Part shown: piece by piece, positions 40,351-52,473 of the stretch
Layout: the number at the start of each line of letters is the position of its first letter
Numbering within the stretch: position 1 is the stretch's first letter
Source: an uncultured Candidatus Rokubacteria bacterium
Lineage (GTDB): Bacteria; Methylomirabilota; Methylomirabilia; Rokubacteriales; DASRDR01
Reading direction: 5' to 3'
NCBI GenBank assembly: GCA_963708025.1
Contig: CAVPSB010000012.1
Span: 411,195-475,194 of the forward strand
DNA length: 64,000 nucleotides
Position numbers and translations under genes: made by a program
The notes under the pieces: model-generated
The model's input: the letters and a program-made list of their open reading frames with translations, nothing else
Told to the model about the DNA's origin: nothing
The model's database searches: none

Positions 40351-41142
40351 GTGTCCACGGAGGTCTGGGCGAGCGGGGCGGCCTACGAGCCGTACGTCGG
40401 GCGATGGAGCCGGCTCGTCGCGAAAGAGTTCCTGGGCTGGCTGGCGGTGCCGCCGGCGAAGCGATGGCTCGATGTGGGCTGCGGGACCGGCGCCCTCACC
40501 GCCACGATCGTGGCCATGGCCTCCCCGTCCCACATCGACGCCGTGGATCCGTCGGAGGGCTACGTCGCCTACGCGCGGGAACAGGTGCCCGACCCGCGGG
40601 TGCGCTTCGGCGTCGCCGACGCCCGGGCGTTGCCCTCCGAGGCCGCGTCGTACGACGCCGTGGTCTCCGGCCTGGTGCTGAACTTCGTCCCCGACCCGGC
40701 CCGCGCCGTCGCCGAGATGGCCCGCGTGGCGCGGGCGGGCGCCCCGGTCGCCTGCTACGTCTGGGACTACGCCGGCAAGATGGAGCTGATGCGCCATTTC
40801 TGGGACGCGGCGGCGGCCCTGGACGCCGCCGCGCACGACCTCGACGAGGGTCGCCGCTTCCCGATCTGCCGGCCGGAGCCGCTCGCCGCCCTGTTCCGGG
40901 ACGCCGAGCTGCGGGAGGTCGAAGTCCGGGCGATCGACGTGCCGACCATGTTCCGCGACTTCGACGACTACTGGACGCCGTTTCTCGGGGGCCAGGCCCC
41001 GGCGCCCGGCTACGCGATGGCCTTGGACGAGTCCCGGCGGGCGACGCTCCGCGAGCGGATCCGCGCCGAGCTTCCGACCCAGCCCGACGGCTCGATCCGC
41101 CTGATCGCCCGCGCCTGGGCCGTGCGGGGCAGCCGCGGATGA
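40351..41142 (+). CDS. Class I SAM-dependent methyltransferase
   Basis: YVGRWSRLVA, WLDVGCGTG, LVLNFVPD. Confidence 0.88.
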   Translation: MSTEVWASGAAYEPYVGRWSRLVAKEFLGWLAVPPAKRWLDVGCGTGALTATIVAMASPSHIDAVDPSEGYVAYAREQVPDPRVRFGVADARALPSEAASYDAVVSGLVLNFVPDPARAVAEMARVARAGAPVACYVWDYAGKMELMRHFWDAAAALDAAAHDLDEGRRFPICRPEPLAALFRDAELREVEVRAIDVPTMFRDFDDYWTPFLGGQAPAPGYAMALDESRRATLRERIRAELPTQPDGSIRLIARAWAVRGSRG

Positions 41143-41576
41143 ACCTCCCGCTGGTCGCGCTGGGGGCGACCATGGCTCTCGGCCTCGTGCTCCTTGCCGT
41201 CGGCACGCGGCAGATGCGGGAGGAGAAGCGAGGCCGCTTCGCCGAGCGACCGGATGTCGCGCCCGACGAGTTCTTCGAGCGCTACTACGGTCAGTCGGGG
41301 CTGCCCAGGGACCGCGTGCTGCGGGCGCTGCGAACGGTGGCGGTGGACACCGAGACCCCCGAAGCGAGGCTCCGACCTGGCGACCGCTTCGCGGAGGAGT
41401 TGAAGCCGGTGCGAGGCTGGGAGTTTGACGACGGCATCGGGATCCTGTCCTGGGAGCTGGACCGGCTGGCGAGGAAGGCAGGAGTCGCGATCGACCTCGG
41501 GAGCATCGTCACGCTGGACGACTACATCCGGTGCCGCGTCACGCTCGAAGCGACGACACGGAGCGGCCATGACTGA
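41139..41576 (+). CDS. Hypothetical membrane-anchored protein, ACP-like C-terminal fold suspected
   Basis: ATGA coupling; TM then LRPGDRFAEEL...IVTLDDYI. Confidence 0.6.
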   Translation: MNLPLVALGATMALGLVLLAVGTRQMREEKRGRFAERPDVAPDEFFERYYGQSGLPRDRVLRALRTVAVDTETPEARLRPGDRFAEELKPVRGWEFDDGIGILSWELDRLARKAGVAIDLGSIVTLDDYIRCRVTLEATTRSGHD

Positions 41577-41898
41577 GCCTCGCGCACCGGTGCTGACCCG
41601 AAGCTGGACGAGCCGTGACGCGTGGCGGGGGACGCGGCTGGGGCTCTGGGCGTGGCTCATCCAGCGGGGGGCGGCGGTGGCGCTGGTCGTGGTGATCGCG
41701 CTCCACCTCCGGAACCCCTTCGGCCGGCCGGTGCAGGCGGTGCTGCTCGCCCTGGTGCTCCTCCACGGGCTGCTCGGCGTCCGCGCCATCCTCCTGGACC
41801 TCGGCCTGCCGGTCCGCCTGCACCGGGTGCTCTTCGTCGGGGCCGTCCTCCTCGGGCTGGCCCTCTTTACCCTGGCCTGGTGGTGGCGATGGTACTGA
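41569..41898 (+). CDS. Small SdhC/D-like membrane anchor
   Basis: WLIQRGAA, HGLLGVRAILLD; three TMs. Confidence 0.7.
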   Translation: MTEPRAPVLTRSWTSRDAWRGTRLGLWAWLIQRGAAVALVVVIALHLRNPFGRPVQAVLLALVLLHGLLGVRAILLDLGLPVRLHRVLFVGAVLLGLALFTLAWWWRWY

Positions 41899-42581
41899 GG
41901 GTCTTCCGCTGGAGCGCCGAGACGGGCGGCCACTTCGAGGAGTTCCCGATCCGGACCGTCGCCGGGACGACGGTGCTCGATGCCCTCGTCCGGCTGCGCG
42001 AGTCCCAGGTGCCCGACCTCGCCTTCCGCTACGCCTGCCGGGTCGGCATGTGCGGCTCCTGCGCGATGGTGGTGAACGGCCGGGAGCGCTGGGCGTGCCG
42101 GACCCGGCTGGCGACGGTCGCCTCGCCCGGCGCGACGGTCACTGTCCGCCCCCTCTACCACTTCCCGCTGATCCGGGACCTCGTCGTCGACATGGCGCCC
42201 TTCATGAGGAAGATGAAGGAGGTCGGCGGCGCCTTCGTGCCGGGCGGGCGGCCGCCGCGGGCCGGACTGGCCGAGCGACCGGCGATCGACGCTGCCATCG
42301 AGTGCATCGGCTGCGGGGCCTGCCTCTCCGCCTGCACGATGGTCCGCTGGGACCCGCGGTTCCCGGGACCGGCCGCCCTCAACCGGGCCTTCACGCTGAA
42401 CGCCGACGGCCGCGACGCCGGGGCCGCCGCCCGGTGGCCGGCGCTCTTCGGCGAGGACGGCGTCCTCCGCTGCCACGGGCAAGCCCAGTGCACGGCCGTC
42501 TGCCCGATGCAGATCTCGCCGGCGGACTCGATCCTGCGACTGCGCCGCAAGGCCGCGCGGTCTCTGTTTTTGCGCACTTAG
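41889..42581 (+). CDS. SdhB/FrdB-like Fe-S subunit
   Basis: ACRVGMCGSCAM, CIGCGACLSAC, CHGQAQCTAVCP. Confidence 0.9.
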   Translation: MVLRVFRWSAETGGHFEEFPIRTVAGTTVLDALVRLRESQVPDLAFRYACRVGMCGSCAMVVNGRERWACRTRLATVASPGATVTVRPLYHFPLIRDLVVDMAPFMRKMKEVGGAFVPGGRPPRAGLAERPAIDAAIECIGCGACLSACTMVRWDPRFPGPAALNRAFTLNADGRDAGAAARWPALFGEDGVLRCHGQAQCTAVCPMQISPADSILRLRRKAARSLFLRT

Positions 42582-42595
42582 CGGCGTTCCGGTGC

Positions 42596-42624
42596 TTGAC
42601 ACGTCGCGGCAGCGCGAGTAGCAT
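42596..42624 (+). promoter_or_regulatory. sigma70 promoter of the TCA operon
   Basis: TTGACA-N17-TAGCAT. Confidence 0.7.
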
Positions 42625-42690
42625 CGAGTCGCTGACTGACCCTCGCCTCCTGCCTCTCCGGTGGGAGGCGAAATTGTTGGGGGGCGCTCC

Positions 42691-44936
42691 ATGGTCGAGC
42701 AGATCCGCGCGCTGTACGCCACGATGCCCGAGCGCATCGCCCGGGCCCGCGCCGCCTGGAAGCGACCCCTGACCCTCTCCGAGAAGATCCTGGTCAGTCA
42801 CGTCCACGACTGGGGGCGTCAGACCTGGGAGCGGGGCGCCGTCCAGCTGCGCCTCCGGGTGGACCGGGTGGCGATGCAGGACGCGACCGGCCAGATGGCG
42901 CTCCTCCAGTTCATGCAGGCCGGGAAGGCCCGGGTGGCCGTTCCCTCCACGGTCCACTGCGACCACCTGATCCGGGCGGAGACCGGCGCGTCGGCCGACA
43001 CGGTCCGGGCCCTCACCGAGAACGACGAGGTCTACAACTTCCTGCGCTCGGTCTCGCGGAAGTACGGGATCGGCTTCTGGCGGCCAGGCTCGGGCATCAT
43101 CCACCAGGTCGTGCTCGAGAACTACGCCTTCCCCGGCGGCCTGATGATCGGGGCCGACTCCCACACCCCAAACGGCGGCGGCCTCGGGATGCTGGCCATC
43201 GGCGTGGGCGGCGTCGACTGCGGCGAGGTGATGGCCGGGCTTCCGTGGGAGGTGCTCCACCCGAAGCTGATCGGGGTCCACCTCACCGGGAAGCTCGCGG
43301 GGTGGACGGCGCCGAAGGACGTCATCACCTTCCTGTGCGGGCTCCTCACCGTCAAGGGCGGGACGAACAAGATCATCGAGTACTTCGGGCCGGGCGCGGC
43401 GTCCATCAGCGCCACCGGCAAGGGCACCATCTGCAACATGGGCGCCGAGCTGGGCGCGACCACGTCGGTCTTCGCCTTCGACGACCGGATGGCCGCCTAC
43501 CTCCGGGCCACCGAACGGGCGGACGTGGCCGCCCTCGCCGAGCAGCACCGCGAGCACCTGGTCCCGGACCCCGAGGTGCTGGCGGAGCCGGCCCGCTTCT
43601 ACGACCAGGTGGTCGAGATCGACCTCTCGCAGCTGGAGCCGCACATCGTCGGGCCCCACTCGCCCGACCGGGACCGGGCGGTGTCGAAGCTGGCGGCCGA
43701 GGTCAAGCAGAACGGCTGGCCGGCCGAGATCAAGGCGGCCCTGATCGGCTCCTGCACCAACTCCTCCTACGAGGACATGCGCCGGGCCGCCCACGTGGCC
43801 ATGCAGGGGATCAAGGCCGGGCTGAAGGCGAAGACCCCGTTCCTGGTGACGCCCGGCTCCGAGCGCGTCTACCAGACGATCAAGCGCGACGGGATCATGG
43901 CCACCTTCGAGCAGATGGGCGGGACCGTGCTGGCCAACGCCTGCGGCCCGTGCATCGGCCAGTGGAAGCGGTCGGACGTCAAGCGAGAAGAGGCGAACAC
44001 GATCGTCTCCTCGTTCAACCGGAACTTCCCCGGCCGGAACGACGGGAGCGCGGCGACGCTCTCCTTCCTGACCAGCCCGGAGATCGTCACCGCGCTGGCC
44101 TTCGCCGGCACCCTCGAGTTCGACCCGGTCAACGGGACGCTGCCCGGGCCCGGACGGCCGGCCCGTTCCGCTTCACGCCGCCCGAGGGCGAGGAGCTGCC
44201 GCGCGACGGCTTCGCCCGGGGCGAGGAGGGCTACGAGGCGCCGGCCGCGGATGGCGCTGGCGTGACGGTGGAGGTCCGCGCCGACAGCGAGCGGCTCCAG
44301 CTCCTCCAGCCGTTCCCGCGCTGGGATGGCCGGGACTTCGAGAAGCTGCCGATCCTGGTCAAGACCCAGGGCAAGACCACCACCGACCACATCTCGCCGG
44401 CCGGGGCCTGGCTCCGCTACCGCGGCCACCTGGACCGGATCAGCGACAACATGTTCCTGGGCGCGGTCAACGCCTTCACCGGCGAGATCGGCAAGGGCGT
44501 GAACCTGCTGACCGGCGAGACCGGCTTGCCGTTCGCGAAGATCGCGCGCGACTGGAAGGCCCGGGGGGTGGGCTGGATGGTGGTCGGCGACGAGAACTAC
44601 GGCGAGGGGTCGAGCCGCGAGCACGCCGCGATGTCGCCCCGCTACCTGGGCGCCAAGATGGTCGTCGTGAAGAGCTTCGCCCGGATCCACGAGACGAACC
44701 TCAAGAAGCAGGGGATCCTGCCGCTGACCTTCGCGAACGCCAGCGACTACGCGCTCTTCGAGCGGGACGACCGTGTGTCGGTCGTCGGTCTGGCCGCGCT
44801 GGCCCCCGAGCGCCCGGTCGAGGTGCGGATCCACAAGCCGGACGGGCGGACGGTCACCATCACGACCCGCCACACCATGACCAACGAGCAGATCGGCTGG
44901 TTCAAGGCGGGGTCGGCTTTGAACGCGCTCACGTAG
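42691..44936 (+). CDS. acnA: Aconitate hydratase, mitochondrial-like type (frameshift at ~44150-44165)
   Basis: [56 protein letters not shown]. Confidence 0.92.
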
Positions 44937-47171
<2,235 letters not shown>

Positions 47172-47177
47172 CACGCC

Positions 47178-48020
47178 ATGCGCGAGATCCGGGCGAGCGA
47201 GATCACCGCGACCATCAAGCGCCTCTGCCAGGAGGCCAACCTGGAGCTGGGCGAGGACATGCTGCGCGCCTTCGACCGCGCCCTCGGGCGCGAGCGCTCG
47301 CCGGCCGGCCGCCAGGTCCTGGAGATGATCAGGGAGAACGCCGTCATCGCGAAGACCCGGCGGCTCCCGTACTGCCAGGACACCGGCTTCCTCATCTGCT
47401 TCGTCGAGCTGGGCCAGGACGTCCACGTGACCGGCGGTCTCCTCGGCGACGCCATCGACGAGGGCGTGCGCCAGGGCTACCGGGAGGGGTACCTCCGGGC
47501 CTCGATCGTGCGCGACCCCTTCGACCGGGTGAACACCGGGGACAACACCCCGGCCGTCGTCCACGTGGACGTGGTGCCGGGCGAGCACCTGACCCTCAAG
47601 GTCATGGCCAAGGGCGGCGGCTGCGAGAACCGCTCGAAGTACCGGATGCTGACGCCAGCCGAGGGGTTGGCCGGCGTCAAGGCCTTCATCGTCGAGTGCA
47701 TCAAGACGGCGGGGCCCGACGCCTGTCCGCCCCTGATCGCCGGCGTCGGCGTGGGCGGGACGTTCGAGAAGGCCGCGCTCCTCTCGAAGAAGGCGCTCTT
47801 CCGGGAGATCGGCAAGCCGAACCCGAGCGCGGAGCTGGCCGCCCTGGAGACCGAGCTGCTCGACGAGGCCAACCGCCTGGGCATCGGGCCCCAGGGTTAC
47901 GGCGGCGACACGACGGCCTTGGCCATCCACATCGAGACGTACCCCTGCCACATCACCTCGCTGCCGGTCGCGGTCACGATCGAATGCCACGCCCACCGCC
48001 ACAAGGAGGCCGTCCTGTGA
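47178..48020 (+). CDS. Class I fumarate hydratase alpha subunit
   Basis: CQDTG, NTGDNTPA, KGGGCEN, ACPP, GIGPQGYGG, CHAHRH; inside the TCA operon. Confidence 0.92.
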   Translation: MREIRASEITATIKRLCQEANLELGEDMLRAFDRALGRERSPAGRQVLEMIRENAVIAKTRRLPYCQDTGFLICFVELGQDVHVTGGLLGDAIDEGVRQGYREGYLRASIVRDPFDRVNTGDNTPAVVHVDVVPGEHLTLKVMAKGGGCENRSKYRMLTPAEGLAGVKAFIVECIKTAGPDACPPLIAGVGVGGTFEKAALLSKKALFREIGKPNPSAELAALETELLDEANRLGIGPQGYGGDTTALAIHIETYPCHITSLPVAVTIECHAHRHKEAVL

Positions 48021-48193
48021 TCCGCCGACGGAGCGGGGACCCGGAACCCCCAGGTGGGGGGGTCCAGGGGGGGACCACCGAGAGGGCGGGACGGACGCCC
48101 AGAGGCCGAAGGCCGTCCGAACGACGTAGGCCGAGCGCGTCCCGGCGACCCGATGGTTGGGACTCCCCTTCTGCCAAGGAGGTGGTCCTGTGA
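48017..48193 (+). repeat. Structured repeat copy 1 forming a 58-aa relay mini-ORF
   Basis: GTG overlaps the fumarase-alpha TGA; the ORF ends ...KEVVL*, mimicking ...KEAVL*; repeat core 48040-48173. Confidence 0.8.
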
Positions 48194-48288
48194 GCCGCCG
48201 ACGGAGCAGGGCCCCGGAACCCCCAGGTGGGGGGGGCCAGGGGGGGAGTGGTTGGGACTCCCCCCCTGATAAGGAAGCAGTCCTGTGA
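48190..48288 (+). repeat. Structured repeat copy 2 (short) forming a 32-aa relay mini-ORF
   Basis: MSRRRSRAPEPPGGGGQGGSGWDSPPDKEAVL*; GTGA overlaps at both ends; perfect 12-bp stem CAGGGGGGGAGT/ACTCCCCCCCTG. Confidence 0.8.
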
Positions 48289-48872
48289 GCTACGAGCGCG
48301 TGGGAGAGCTCGTCCACCTGACCACACCCCTCGCGGACGACGACGTCGTCCAGCTGAAGGCGGGGGACCGCGTGCGACTCTTCGGTGTGCTGCTGACGGG
48401 GCGGGACGCCGCCCACAAGCGGCTGATCGAGGCCCTGGACGCCGGGCAGCCCCTCCCGGTCGACGTCCGCGGGCAGATCATCTACTACGTGGGGCCGACC
48501 CCGCCGCCACCCGGCATGGTGATCGGCTCGGCGGGGCCGACGACCGGGGGCCGGATGGACCGGTACGCGCCCCGGCTGATGGCGCTCGGCCTCAAGGGGA
48601 TGATCGGCAAGGGCCACCGCTCCCAGACCGTCCGGGACGCGATGCGCGAGCACAAGTGCGTGTACTTCGGCGCGGTGGGCGGCGCCGGCGCGCTCCTCTC
48701 CCGGTTCATCACGGCGGCCGAGGTGGTCGCCTACGCCGATCTGGGGACCGAGGCCATCCGGCGGCTCACCGTCGAGGACTTCCCGGTCATCGTCGTGGAC
48801 GACACCCACGGCAACGACCTCTACGAGGAGGGCGTGAAGCAGTGGGCCCGCCCCGCGGGAGCACCGTCATGA
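48285..48872 (+). CDS. Class I fumarate hydratase beta subunit
   Basis: GRDAAHKR, YYVGP, GPTTGGRMD, IGKG. Confidence 0.92.
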   Translation: MSYERVGELVHLTTPLADDDVVQLKAGDRVRLFGVLLTGRDAAHKRLIEALDAGQPLPVDVRGQIIYYVGPTPPPPGMVIGSAGPTTGGRMDRYAPRLMALGLKGMIGKGHRSQTVRDAMREHKCVYFGAVGGAGALLSRFITAAEVVAYADLGTEAIRRLTVEDFPVIVVDDTHGNDLYEEGVKQWARPAGAPS

Positions 48873-49024
48873 AGGAGCTGATCGCGACAGCCCGGAACCC
48901 CCAGGTGGGGGGGTCCAGGGGGGGACCACCGGAGGGGCGGTACGGACGCGAGGCCGAAGGCCGAGCGCGTCCCGGCGATCGGACGGTTGGGACTCCCCCC
49001 CTGCTGGAGGTCGCACCGGCATGA
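48869..49024 (+). repeat. Structured repeat copy 3 forming a 51-aa relay mini-ORF
   Basis: ATGA overlaps at both ends; flanks GCACCGTCATGA / GCACCGGCATGA; core 48891-49003. Confidence 0.8.
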
Positions 49025-49828
49025 GCGGCATCACGGCGACGAAGTACCCGGGCGCCGACGGCCGCACCCACGTCGCCGGCATCCTCCGCTGGGACGCCTG
49101 GTGGGTGGAGCCGACCCTGGTGGTGGTCGTGCTCGGCTCCTTCATCCTCTACTCCACCTGGGCCGCGCTCCAGAACGCCTACTACTACGCCCCGCCGTAC
49201 CTCTCGCCGTTTTACTCGCCGTGCCTCTCGACCGAGTGCCTGCACGTGACGGTGCCGCTCTTCGGCAAGCTCCCCCAGCTTCCCGTCATCGGCGTCCTGT
49301 CGCCGGCGTTCCTGATCCTGTGGGCGCCCGGCCTCTTCCGGCTGACCTGCTACTACTACCGCAAGGCCTACTACCGCTCGTTCTGGGGGGCGCCGCCGGC
49401 CTGCGCCATCCCCGACGTCCGGCGGGGCTACACCGGGGAGACCCGCTTCCCGCTGCTCCTCCAGAACCTCCACCGCTACATGTTCTACGTCGCGGTGCTG
49501 TTCATCGTCGTCCTCACCTGGGACGCGCTCCTGGCCTTCCGGTTCCGGGACGGGTTCGGCATCGGGGTCGGGACGCTGGTCATGTGGGCCAACGTGGTCC
49601 TCCTGGCCGGCTACACGTTCTCCTGCCACTCGTGCCGGCACGTCTGCGGCGGGGTCCTCGACGTCTTCTCGAAGTCCCCGGCGCGCTACCGCGCGTGGCG
49701 GCTCGTCAGCCGACTGAACGAGCGCCACCCGACCTTCGCGTGGCTCAGCCTGTTGCGGCGTCGGCCTCACCGACCTCTACATTCGCCTCGTGGCCATGGG
49801 CGTCATCCGCGACCTCCGGATCATCTGA
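49021..49828 (+). CDS. SDH membrane anchor, mycobacterial Sdh1 (Rv0249c-like) type (frameshift at ~49755)
   Basis: SPFYSPC, FRLTCYYYRKAYYRSF, QNLHRY, SCHSCRH; C-terminus ...LTDLYIRLVAMG in another frame. Confidence 0.85.
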
Positions 49829-49838
49829 GGACCACCCG

Positions 49839-51638
49839 ATGGCACGCGTGCCGAGCGAGACCCACGACTACGACGTGATCGTCGTCGGGGCGGGGGGCGC
49901 CGGGCTCCGGGCCGCCGTCGAGGCCTCGGCCCAGGGCGCCAAGACCGCGCTCGTCTGCAAGTCGCTCCTGGGCAAGGCCCACACCGTGATGGCCGAGGGC
50001 GGGATCGCGGCCGCGCTCGGCAACGTGTACCCGGAGGACAACTGGCAGGTCCACTTCCGGGACACCATGCGCGGCGGCAAGATGCTGAACAACTGGCGGA
50101 TGGCTCAGCTCCACGCCCAGGAGGCGCCCGAGCGCGTGCTGGAGCTGGAGCGCTGGGGGGCGCTGTTCGACCGGACCTCGGACGGGCGGATCCTCCAGCG
50201 CGACTTCGGCGGCCACCGCTACGCCCGCCTGGCCCACGTCGGCGACCGGACCGGGCTGGAGATGATCCGGACCCTCCAGCAGCACGCCGTCCATCGCGGC
50301 ATCGACGTGTTCATGGAGGTCACGATCCAGCGCCTCCTCGAGGACGGGGGCCGCATCGCCGGGGCCCTGGGCTACTACCGCGCCACCGGGGAGTTCGTGC
50401 TGTTCCGGACCAAGGCGGTGGTCCTCGCCACCGGCGGGATCGGGAAGGCCTACGCCATCACCTCCAACTCCTGGGAGTACACCGGCGACGGCCACTCCCT
50501 CGCGCTGTGGGCGGGGGCCGACCTGATCGACATGGAGTTCGTCCAGTTCCACCCGACCGGGATGGTGTGGCCGCCGAGCGTGCGGGGCATCCTGGTGACC
50601 GAAGGCGTCCGGGGCGACGGCGGGACCCTCAAGAACAGCAAGAACGAGCGGTTCATGTTCCGCTACATCCCCGAGTTCTTCCGAGCCGAGACCGCGGACA
50701 CCGAGGAGGAGGCCGATCGCTGGTACACGGACAAGAAGGGCGCCCGCCGCACGCCCGACCTCCTGCCGCGGGACGAGGTGGCCCGCGCCATCAACGCCGA
50801 GGTGAAGGCGGGCCGGGGCAGCCCGCACGGCGGCGTGTTCCTCGACATCGCCTCCCGGCGCCCGGCTGACTACATCCAGCGGCGACTTCCCTCGATGTAC
50901 CACCAGTTCAAGGAGCTGGCCGACGTCGACATCACCCGGGAGCCGATGGAGGTCGGGCCGACCTGCCACTACGTCATGGGCGGCGTCCGGGTCGACGCCG
51001 ACTCCGCCGCCTCGACGGTGCCGGGACTCTTCGCGGCCGGCGAGGTGGCCGGCGGCATGCACGGGGCCAACCGGCTCGGCGGCAACTCGCTCTCGGACCT
51101 GATCGTGTTCGGGCGGCGGGCCGGGCTCTACGCGGCGGAGTACGCGAAGGGGATCAAGGGCGCGCCTGCGGTGGACGACGGCCAGGTCGCGGCGATCACC
51201 CGCGAGATCCTGGCGCCGTTCGAGCGGACGGGCGGCGAGAACCCGTACACGATCCAGCGCGACCTCCAGGAGATGATGCACAGCCTGGTCGGCATCATCC
51301 GGACGGAGCCCGAGCTGAAGGAGGCCGTCCAGCGGCTCGAGGCGCTCAAGGACCGGGCGCGGCGGGTCCGGGTCGAGGGCGGCCGGGTCTACAACCCGGG
51401 CTGGCACCTGGCGCTCGACCTCGCCTCGCTGCTCACCGTGTCGGAGGCGGTCACGCTGGCCGCGCTCGAGCGCCGGGAGAGCCGGGGCGGCCACACCCGC
51501 GACGACTACCCGAAGCCGGACGGCCACTTCGCCAAGGTGAACGTCGTCATCCGCCAGTCCAGCGGCCGGATGACCGTGACCCAGGAGCCGCTGCCATCGA
51601 TGCCAGATGAGCTGAAGAAACTCCTGGAGGAGAAGTAG
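49839..51638 (+). CDS. sdhA: Succinate dehydrogenase/fumarate reductase flavoprotein
   Basis: GAGGAG, KAHTVMAEGG, QFHPTG, EGVRGDGG, HGANRLGGNSL. Confidence 0.93.
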   Translation: MARVPSETHDYDVIVVGAGGAGLRAAVEASAQGAKTALVCKSLLGKAHTVMAEGGIAAALGNVYPEDNWQVHFRDTMRGGKMLNNWRMAQLHAQEAPERVLELERWGALFDRTSDGRILQRDFGGHRYARLAHVGDRTGLEMIRTLQQHAVHRGIDVFMEVTIQRLLEDGGRIAGALGYYRATGEFVLFRTKAVVLATGGIGKAYAITSNSWEYTGDGHSLALWAGADLIDMEFVQFHPTGMVWPPSVRGILVTEGVRGDGGTLKNSKNERFMFRYIPEFFRAETADTEEEADRWYTDKKGARRTPDLLPRDEVARAINAEVKAGRGSPHGGVFLDIASRRPADYIQRRLPSMYHQFKELADVDITREPMEVGPTCHYVMGGVRVDADSAASTVPGLFAAGEVAGGMHGANRLGGNSLSDLIVFGRRAGLYAAEYAKGIKGAPAVDDGQVAAITREILAPFERTGGENPYTIQRDLQEMMHSLVGIIRTEPELKEAVQRLEALKDRARRVRVEGGRVYNPGWHLALDLASLLTVSEAVTLAALERRESRGGHTRDDYPKPDGHFAKVNVVIRQSSGRMTVTQEPLPSMPDELKKLLEEK

Positions 51639-51732
51639 TGGGGTCAGGCTTTTACTCCTTGACACTCCCACGCCTCGGCCCGGGACCGGCGGCCGTTCAA
51701 CCGGAATGTATGGAAAGAAAGGCCTGACCCCA
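51639..51732. repeat. IR-bounded insert filling the sdhA-sdhB junction
   Basis: Perfect 11-bp IR TGGGGTCAGGC / GCCTGACCCCA running from the sdhA stop to the sdhB ATG. Confidence 0.75.
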
Positions 51733-52472
51733 TGGAAGCGGTGATGCACGTCTTCCGCGGCGATGCGGGGGGCGGCGACTTCCGGGAGTACCGGGTGCCG
51801 TACGAGGAGGGCATGGTCGTCCTCGACGTCCTCCACCGGGTCCAGGCCACCCAGGCCAACGACCTGGCCATCCGGTGGAACTGCAAGGCCGGGAAGTGCG
51901 GCTCCTGCAGCGCCGAGGTGAACGGCAAGCCGCGGCTCACCTGCATGACGCGGATGAACCTCTTCCCGCCCGACGCGCCGATCATCGTGGCGCCGCTCCG
52001 GACCTTCCCCGTCATCAAGGACCTGGTGACCGACGTCGCCTTCAACTTCGCGATGGCCCAGCGGATCCCCGCCTTCCAGCCCAGGCCCCCGGAGCCGGAC
52101 GGCACCTACCGGATGATGCAGGAGGACATCGACCGCGGGCAGGAGTTCCGGAAGTGCATCGAGTGCTTCCTCTGCCAGGACGTCTGCCACGTCATCCGGG
52201 ACCACGACGAGAAGAAGCGGAGCTTCGCCGGTCCCCGCTTCTTCATCCGGCTGGCCGAGCTGGAGATGCACCCGCTCGACACCGCCGACCGCCGCGAGTT
52301 CGCCCGCGACGTGGCGGGCATCGGGCTCTGCAACATCACCAAGTGCTGCACCGAGGTCTGCCCCGAGCACATCCACATCACCGACAACGGCATCATCCCC
52401 CTCAAGGAGCGCGTGGTCGACCGCTACTACGACCCGGTCCTGTGGCTCCTCCGCAAGGTGACCGGCAAGTAG
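51732..52472 (+). CDS. sdhB: SDH/FRD iron-sulfur subunit
   Basis: NCKAGKCGSCS, CIECFLCQDVC, CNITKCCTEVCP. Confidence 0.93.
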   Translation: MEAVMHVFRGDAGGGDFREYRVPYEEGMVVLDVLHRVQATQANDLAIRWNCKAGKCGSCSAEVNGKPRLTCMTRMNLFPPDAPIIVAPLRTFPVIKDLVTDVAFNFAMAQRIPAFQPRPPEPDGTYRMMQEDIDRGQEFRKCIECFLCQDVCHVIRDHDEKKRSFAGPRFFIRLAELEMHPLDTADRREFARDVAGIGLCNITKCCTEVCPEHIHITDNGIIPLKERVVDRYYDPVLWLLRKVTGK

Positions 52473-52473
52473 C

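Noticed and set aside
48001-48290. CRISPR array
   Set aside because: The repeats are degenerate, the intervening sequences are homologous to each other and unequal in length, and there are no cas genes.
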